Shown here piece by piece: positions 24,390 to 30,105 of a stretch of DNA of 30,105 nt. Source of the DNA: Thermoproteota archaeon. Lineage in GTDB: Archaea > Thermoproteota > EX4484-205 > JAAOZP01. A program made the translations under genes and the position numbers. The stretch covers positions 1-30,105 of the forward strand of contig JBNAVT010000024.1 of the NCBI GenBank assembly GCA_049700215.1, read 5' to 3'. Every line of letters begins with the position of its first letter. The stretch's first letter is position 1. The notes beneath the pieces were generated by a model that was given only the letters and a program-made list of their open reading frames with translations, did not search any database and was not told the origin of the DNA.

Positions 24390-25517
24390 TTATTCGCCGA
24401 ATGCTCTTACATATATTCTTCTAATTTCCTCCGGGCTCAACGGGTGAGGATGCTTATCAAGGTTCCTCGCGTAAGAGAGCGCGTCTACAACCATAGCGTC
24501 CAGCTCGGCGGGCTCAGCACCTAGCTCTACGAGGCTTCTCGGGACACCCGTCCTACGCGTAACATCCTCGATTTTTTCAACCAATCTCGCCCCGTTTTCA
24601 AAGCCGAGGTTTACAGCAGCATCCTCAAGCCTGCTGAGGCCTCTCTCAAGCTCAAACCTTAAAACATGGGGGAGCAGAACACCGTTTGCAAGACCGTGGT
24701 GAACACCATGATAGTTGGTCAAGTAGTACCCCATTCCGTGAACCGCCACGGTCCCGGCGCAGTTTATCGCTACGCCTGCAAGCATGCTGGCGTAAAGCAT
24801 GTTTTCCCTAGCCTCCGCCACTCCTTCAGCTGCTTCAACAATGTTCCCGAGTATTATTCGCGTCGCCTCCAGGGCGAATAAGTCGGAGAGAACCGTGGAC
24901 TCCTTGGAGAGATATGCTTCCATAGCGTGGGACAACGCGTCGAAACCAGTGTAGGCAGCAAGCTCTCTGGAAAGACTGTTCAGAAGATTCGCGTCAGCCA
25001 GGGCAACACTGGGGGTAAGCGGGTTTCCGAGCAGAACCTCTTTCCTCCTTTCCCAAACGCTTGTTAAAACAGCATACTTAGTGACCTCGCTTCCAGTGCC
25101 GCATGTTGTCGGAACAGCCACAATGGGAAACGCCTCTTCAACCTCATTCGGGGCGAAGCTTTCCTCAAGCCTAGCCTTGCTTTTTAAAAGGAAAGCGATG
25201 CCCTTCGCAGCATCGATCGCACTCCCGCCCCCAAGCGCTACGACAAGATTACAATCGTTCTTCCTGCCTTCTTCAGCACCCTTGTAAACGGTTTCTGTAG
25301 AGGGATTGGGCTCAACCCGGTCGAAAACCGTAGTCTTCAAGCCTGATTCCTCAAGGATTCCGACGAGGATTTTCAAGTAGCCGCTTCTCCTGGCGAAGCT
25401 TCTCCCCGTAACAATCAGACACCTGTCTCCAAGCCTAGCTGCTTCCCCGCCCAGTCTGCTTAAACTCCCCCTTCCGAAGAGGATCCTCGTCCGCAAGTGG
25501 AATGTGAAAGGCTTCAA
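24390..25517 (-). CDS. Iron-containing alcohol dehydrogenase
   Basis: VEPNP, ALGGGSAIDAAKG, VPTTCGTGSEVT, GFDALSHAMEAY, VHGMG, VHHGLANG. Confidence 0.93.
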   Translation of the reverse strand: MKPFTFHLRTRILFGRGSLSRLGGEAARLGDRCLIVTGRSFARRSGYLKILVGILEESGLKTTVFDRVEPNPSTETVYKGAEEGRKNDCNLVVALGGGSAIDAAKGIAFLLKSKARLEESFAPNEVEEAFPIVAVPTTCGTGSEVTKYAVLTSVWERRKEVLLGNPLTPSVALADANLLNSLSRELAAYTGFDALSHAMEAYLSKESTVLSDLFALEATRIILGNIVEAAEGVAEARENMLYASMLAGVAINCAGTVAVHGMGYYLTNYHGVHHGLANGVLLPHVLRFELERGLSRLEDAAVNLGFENGARLVEKIEDVTRRTGVPRSLVELGAEPAELDAMVVDALSYARNLDKHPHPLSPEEIRRIYVRAFGE

Positions 25518-25655
25518 GACGACCCCGTTTAACCCGGCTTTGAATACTTATTCTTTTCCCCGCAGAACCCCGTGTTGAGCCTATGGCGCCTTTAGCCGGG
25601 GTAAGACGCAATGCCTGTTTTAAAGCTTATTACAAGGATGTTTGATAAGCATCCG

Positions 25656-26864
25656 ATGAAAACGTTCCGCCTACTCGTCTCCCTCGAAGAGGCGCTTCAA
25701 CTAATCTACGGAAGGATAAAGCAGGTTGAAAAGGTTGAAGAGGTTGAGCTAGATGATGCTATCGGAAGGGTTTCAGCGGAGAACGTGAAGGCTCCTTTCG
25801 ACGTTCCTTGCTTCGACAGGTCGGCCATGGACGGTTACTGCGTGAGGGCTGAAGATGTTTACGGCGCGAGCCAGTTTAACCCTGTTAGGCTCAGGGTTGT
25901 CGACACTATTGGCGTGGACGAGGAGCCTAGGCGGCCAGTTGGGTCTGGAGAATGCATTCAGGTTGCCACGGGGAGCATTATCCCCGAGGGGGGTGACGCT
26001 GTAGTCATGTATGAGCACACTGAGCGTGTAGATGGGGAGGTCCTCGTGTATAGGCCCGTCTACCCGGGTGAGAATATTTCCAAGAAGGGCTCAGACATTC
26101 CCCGCGGGAGGGAGATTGTTAAGGCGGGCGACTATCTCAACGCTTCCAAGATAGGTGTTTTAGCAGCTCTTGGAGTAGCGAGGGTGAGGGTTTACGAGAA
26201 GCCGAGGATCCTTATAATCCCGACTGGAAGCGAGCTTGCGAAAATAGGAGGAGAGAAATCAGCATTACAGATATACGACATAAACTCTCACACTCTCGCC
26301 GCTGTGGTTAAGGAAAACGGGGGGATACCTGTTTTACACGAGATTGTTCCAGACGATGAAAAGGAGGTTGAGAAGGCTTTAGAGAAGGGTGTTGAGAGCA
26401 GCCTCATCGTTATAACCGGGGGAAGCTCGGTTGGCGCGAGAGACATTATTTACGACGTGCTCAGCAGGAGGGGGGAGGTGCTTTTCCACGGTGTCCAGGT
26501 TAAGCCGGGTAAACCCACGGTTGGGGCAGTCTTCGAAAACAGGGTTGTACTGGCAATGCCGGGTCACCCTACTTCCTGCCTGAGCAACGCCTATCTCTTC
26601 CTCAGGCCCGTCTTAAGAAGGGTTGCAAGGCTGCCTGAAGCCGGCTTGAGGACAGTTAGGGCCAGGCTTGCCAGAAGGGTTGTGTCAACACTCGGGAGAC
26701 GGTTCTTCCTGACCGTCAGGCTGAGAAACGGTGAGGCTGAGCCTGTTTTCAAAGAGTCTTCAGCGATAACCAGCATGGCTGAGGCCGACGGTTATATCGT
26801 GATACCTGAGAACGCGGACACTGTTGAAAAAGGAGACTGGGTTGAGGTCCATCTTTTCCAGTAG
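25656..26864 (+). CDS. moeA: Molybdopterin molybdo/tungsto-transferase
   Basis: FDRSAMDGY, ATGS, DAVVMYE, PTGSEL, IYDINS, TGGSSVG, VKPGKP, MPGHPTS, ADGYIVIP. Start 25656 by TATA spacing. Confidence 0.93.
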   Translation: MKTFRLLVSLEEALQLIYGRIKQVEKVEEVELDDAIGRVSAENVKAPFDVPCFDRSAMDGYCVRAEDVYGASQFNPVRLRVVDTIGVDEEPRRPVGSGECIQVATGSIIPEGGDAVVMYEHTERVDGEVLVYRPVYPGENISKKGSDIPRGREIVKAGDYLNASKIGVLAALGVARVRVYEKPRILIIPTGSELAKIGGEKSALQIYDINSHTLAAVVKENGGIPVLHEIVPDDEKEVEKALEKGVESSLIVITGGSSVGARDIIYDVLSRRGEVLFHGVQVKPGKPTVGAVFENRVVLAMPGHPTSCLSNAYLFLRPVLRRVARLPEAGLRTVRARLARRVVSTLGRRFFLTVRLRNGEAEPVFKESSAITSMAEADGYIVIPENADTVEKGDWVEVHLFQ

Positions 26865-26912
26865 GCTGAACAACCCGTTAGGTTTATAACTCTAAGGAGC
26901 AGTGGGAAATAA

Positions 26913-28214
26913 ATGATCGGAAGGGGAAAAGCAGGAGCGTTTTCAACCATTCTTATCCTCATTATTGCTGTTGCCACGCTTCACCCAGCTGGGGCTGGCG
27001 ATGAGGAGGTTAGGGTCAACTGGCTTGTTGAAGGAAATCCGGGCTTCTTTTTCGACATCGCTTTCTCAACCTGCGAGAATGGCCCGCACATCTACGTGGC
27101 TGGTTTCGACTCGTCAACCGAGAGCGGTGTGTTACAGATGCGTGTTGAAAAGAGGCTTAAGAGCGACGGGTCTCTGGTTAAAAACTGGACCTACATGCCC
27201 TCGGAATACGGGGGACTCCTCTACGGCTGTACAATCAGCAACAATAGGCTCTACGCTGTTGGAGCATCCTACTCCGTTAACTACAGTAGCTGGGTAATAC
27301 TGGTTCTAGATTCCGACCTGAACCTGCTTAGTTGCGTAAACTTAACGGAAATACCTGGAGCAGCGATTTCAGCCTTCAGCGACCAGGAGTTTCTCTACGT
27401 CGCCGGCATCAGCGCAACCGGGTTGAGTGAGAAAGTATACGTGAGAAAGATTAGGCTCAGCGACCTAAGCCTAGTTAAGGAGTATTCTTCAAATCTTTCA
27501 GCCGTAAACTACGCTTACGATATTGCTTTAAACCCTGTGAGCAACCAGCTATGGGTCGTGGGGAACGTCAACTCTGAAAAATGGAGGGTTGAAGTCTTAG
27601 ACAAGGATCTTAACCTGGTTAAAGAATTGGAGAGCGATATTGGTTCCTCCGCAACCTCAATAGGCTTTGACGACGAGGGCTATTCTTATATTGTTGGAGA
27701 CGGAGGGATACTCAAGCTAAGCAGAGACGCGGGAGAGGTTAAGAGATACGTTCAGCCCGTGCTCTTCTCTAAAGCCCTGTGGCTAAACAACCGTCTTTAC
27801 GTGGCCGGCGGAGAGAGCGTGGGCAACTACACTAGGCAGATCCTGTATGTCTTCGACCGTGAGCTTAACCTGCTTAACAGAACAGTCATAAGCATGAGTA
27901 TGGATGCGGACGCGATGTTTCTCATGGGTAAAATGGCTTCAGACGGTGAAAACATATACGCAGCCGGCCTCGCATACCTCGGCTACTATGACTACGAGTG
28001 GGTCGTATACTCGATAAAAGTCAGCAGCTACACGGTCCCCTGGTATGTTGAAAACTGGTATTTAACGTTGATACTCGTAGCAGTGTTGCTGGCTGTTTCA
28101 GCACTTCTCCTTCTGCTTATGAGGAGGAGAAGGAGGCTGCGGCAGGCTCCCCGGGAAGAGCCTTCCCATGAGACAGGGAAGCAGCAGCCCGAAGGCATGC
28201 GTCCAGTCGGCTGA
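26913..28214 (+). CDS. Secreted, C-terminally membrane-anchored beta-propeller protein
   Basis: Signal peptide, seven (I/L)Y(V/A)xG-type repeats with LDxDLNL linkers, several N-x-S/T sequons, and a C-terminal TM helix followed by RRRRR. Confidence 0.75.
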   Translation: MIGRGKAGAFSTILILIIAVATLHPAGAGDEEVRVNWLVEGNPGFFFDIAFSTCENGPHIYVAGFDSSTESGVLQMRVEKRLKSDGSLVKNWTYMPSEYGGLLYGCTISNNRLYAVGASYSVNYSSWVILVLDSDLNLLSCVNLTEIPGAAISAFSDQEFLYVAGISATGLSEKVYVRKIRLSDLSLVKEYSSNLSAVNYAYDIALNPVSNQLWVVGNVNSEKWRVEVLDKDLNLVKELESDIGSSATSIGFDDEGYSYIVGDGGILKLSRDAGEVKRYVQPVLFSKALWLNNRLYVAGGESVGNYTRQILYVFDRELNLLNRTVISMSMDADAMFLMGKMASDGENIYAAGLAYLGYYDYEWVVYSIKVSSYTVPWYVENWYLTLILVAVLLAVSALLLLLMRRRRRLRQAPREEPSHETGKQQPEGMRPVG

Positions 28215-28224
28215 CCAGCAGGCT

Positions 28225-29226
28225 TTACAGGCTCTCTACAATTATTTCCCTGTTCTCCTCGGCAGACCTTCTGGCTGATAGAACTAGGCTCAGGCTTCTA
28301 GCACCCTCCTCTATAGGGTTCCTCGTAGGCGCGTCTCTCTTTATAGCGGTGAGGAAATCCAGGTTTACGGCTTCCGTAAGGTTCTTTCTTGATGACACGG
28401 TCAACTGCTCCTCCCACGGCTTATTCGTAGGGGTGAAAACCGCGTTATTAGCGTCGGTGAAGAAAACAGTCAGGTTTCTGGATACAATGTTCAACTCGTG
28501 AAGCCACTTGTTCGGTATTGCGAAGTTCGTGGCGGATATTGCTCCAAGCCCTCCGTGTTTAAACCTTAACATGCATACGCTAACATCCTCCACAGTATAG
28601 CCTTCAACATCCTTGTGGAAAAGATTATCCATCCTGCAGTAAACGCTCTGAGGCTCCCCAGCCATAAACCTTGAGAGATCGTAGAGGTGTATGATTTGCT
28701 CAACAACCTGGCCGCCGCTCTTAGACTTGTCCCTCCACCAAGGAGAGTGCAGAGAATTGCAGTAGTATTTTGCCAGGAACAGGCCGACTGGCCCGGCTTC
28801 CCCCTGTTCAACCATCTTCCTGAAATGCTCGACAGCAGCCCCAAACCTCAGCTGAAACCCTACCTGCGTCTTTATGCCGTGTCTCCTTGCTGCTTCAACC
28901 ATGCTCCTCGCCTTCCCCATGTCCAGCGCTATCGGCTTCTCAATGAAAACGTGCACACCGTTTTCAGCAGCGGTCTCAACCTCGTTCGAATGCGCGAACG
29001 GGGGCAGGCAGACGTAGACAGCGTCCAGCTCCTCCCTCTCAAGCATTCTTGTGAAATCGGTGTAAACCGTAGCATTACCCTTCGCATACCTAGCGTTGAA
29101 ATCCCTAGCCTTGTCCTCAACAATGTCGCAGAAGGAAGCCAGTTGAACCTCCTTCATGTTTGAGAGAACCTGCATGTGCGCGTTCGCTATCCCCCCGCAC
29201 CCTATTAAACCGATTCTGAGGGCCAT
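28225..29226 (-). CDS. Gfo/Idh/MocA family NAD(P)-dependent sugar oxidoreductase
   Basis: IGLIGCGGIA, VYVCLPPFAH, VFIEKP, VGFQLRF, SGGQVVEQIIH. Start ATG 29226, 24 nt after AAGTTTATTAC. Confidence 0.92.
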   Translation of the reverse strand: MALRIGLIGCGGIANAHMQVLSNMKEVQLASFCDIVEDKARDFNARYAKGNATVYTDFTRMLEREELDAVYVCLPPFAHSNEVETAAENGVHVFIEKPIALDMGKARSMVEAARRHGIKTQVGFQLRFGAAVEHFRKMVEQGEAGPVGLFLAKYYCNSLHSPWWRDKSKSGGQVVEQIIHLYDLSRFMAGEPQSVYCRMDNLFHKDVEGYTVEDVSVCMLRFKHGGLGAISATNFAIPNKWLHELNIVSRNLTVFFTDANNAVFTPTNKPWEEQLTVSSRKNLTEAVNLDFLTAIKRDAPTRNPIEEGARSLSLVLSARRSAEENREIIVESL

Positions 29227-29290
29227 GGCTCCACTGGTCTTCAAGAACGGTAATAAACTTAACTCGGAGAAGCCTGTTCCCCGGGCAGGG

Positions 29291-30105
29291 CTACCGGTAC
29301 CAGTCTAAACTGTTCTCTATGTAGGTGATCAGCTGGCTGAAAAAATCCTTTGCTTCACTGCTCATGCTCGTCTCAGCAATCAGCCTCCCAGCCTCCTCAG
29401 CATGCCTCCTGGAGGCCGTTTTTGCTTTTTCAAGCCCCCCGCTCCGCCTTACGAGATCCCTAACCTTTTCAACCTCCTCCCTGCTCAGGCTCATCCTCCC
29501 GCGGAGGCTTTTCAAAAAACCGGCTACTCCGGGTTCATGCGACTCGAGAGCATAGATCACGTGGAGAGGCTTCTTACCGAGCCGTATGTCGCCGCAAGGA
29601 GGCCTGCCATACTCTTCCTCAGACGCGTAAGTGTCTATCACATCATCCTGAATATCGAAAGCATAACCTATGTTTACAGCAGCCTCCCTGAGTAGCTTAA
29701 GATCCTTCTCTGAGGCGCCTCCGAGAAGCCCCCCAGTAAGCATTGTAACCTTGAAGAGGGACGCTGCCCTCTTAGAGGCCATGACACGCCACTCATCCAC
29801 ACCCACGTCCCGGTATTCGAAGAGAAGGTCGAGCATCTGGCTCTCGTTAACCTCCCTGTAACCTTCTGAAAGCAGAAGCACGGTTCCAGCGATCTTCTCG
29901 ACGGGGAAACCCGAGCCCATTATGATCTGGACGCTGAGGGAGTAGGCGATGTTCCCCAGGAAGACGGCAACCCCCTCCCCCAGCCTTTCGTCAAACATTT
30001 TCGAGAAAAGCCTGTGAACCGTTCCCCCACCCCTCCTGGTTTCCTCCATGTCTACCAGGTCGTCGTGAACAAGAATGCTCTGCCTGTAAATCTCGATGCC
30101 GGCGC
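29291..30105 (-). CDS. Trans-isoprenyl diphosphate synthase (GGPP-synthase-like), 5' end outside the window
   Basis: The frame stays open to the right edge: AGIEIYRQSILVHDDLVDMEETRRG (FARM), QMLDL, GYAFDIQDDVID (SARM), GDIRLGK. Confidence 0.88.
   Translation of the reverse strand, partial: AGIEIYRQSILVHDDLVDMEETRRGGGTVHRLFSKMFDERLGEGVAVFLGNIAYSLSVQIIMGSGFPVEKIAGTVLLLSEGYREVNESQMLDLLFEYRDVGVDEWRVMASKRAASLFKVTMLTGGLLGGASEKDLKLLREAAVNIGYAFDIQDDVIDTYASEEEYGRPPCGDIRLGKKPLHVIYALESHEPGVAGFLKSLRGRMSLSREEVEKVRDLVRRSGGLEKAKTASRRHAEEAGRLIAETSMSSEAKDFFSQLITYIENSLDWYR

Noticed and set aside
473-29861. Many 60-217 aa ORFs antisense or out of frame within long genes (e.g. 4583-5236, 17703-18212, 19809-20342, 28687-29163)
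   Set aside because: They overlap genes with clear family motifs, are Ser/Pro/Arg-rich shadow translations and have no recognisable domains.
1-30105. CRISPR arrays, tRNA/rRNA genes, IS elements, and the amrA/amrB partners of amrS
   Set aside because: No spaced direct repeats, cloverleafs, transposase ORFs or AMMECR1/Memo motifs were seen in this window.

Overview
This is an archaeal chromosomal window. BRE-TATA promoters sit about 23-28 nt before most start codons, and it carries an AMP phosphorylase, a MOFRL glycerate kinase and an intein. A thermophilic TACK/Thermoproteota-type heterotroph is my inference, not something the sequence shows. It holds 27 protein genes, two of them cut by the window edges, and no recognisable rRNA, tRNA, CRISPR array or transposase. 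The left half is a sugar-catabolic region: GH42, class II aldolase, glycerate 2-kinase, two URO-D/MtaA-fold proteins, a ketose-epimerase-type TIM barrel, an unusually long transaldolase-fold protein, a PqaA-family hydrolase and GH20. A radical SAM gene of the AmmeMemoRadiSam type is split inside its CxxxCxxC motif by a 511-aa LAGLIDADG intein. The right half has ridA/ilvA, a tandem GNAT, membrane proteins, an iscS-like/iscU/small-ORF operon, EamA, Fe-ADH, moeA, a membrane-anchored beta-propeller, a Gfo/Idh/MocA oxidoreductase and a prenyl synthase. Three leads stand out. (1) The IscS has lost most of its PLP/substrate residues but keeps the loop Cys, and is coupled to IscU and an unknown Cys-containing protein. 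(2) The intein's Cys1 completes a false CxxxCxxC/CPWC motif in the precursor. (3) The giant transaldolase-fold enzyme lacks both known acid-base residues and sits in an unexplained sugar locus. All family assignments come from motif recognition by eye; no database searches were run.
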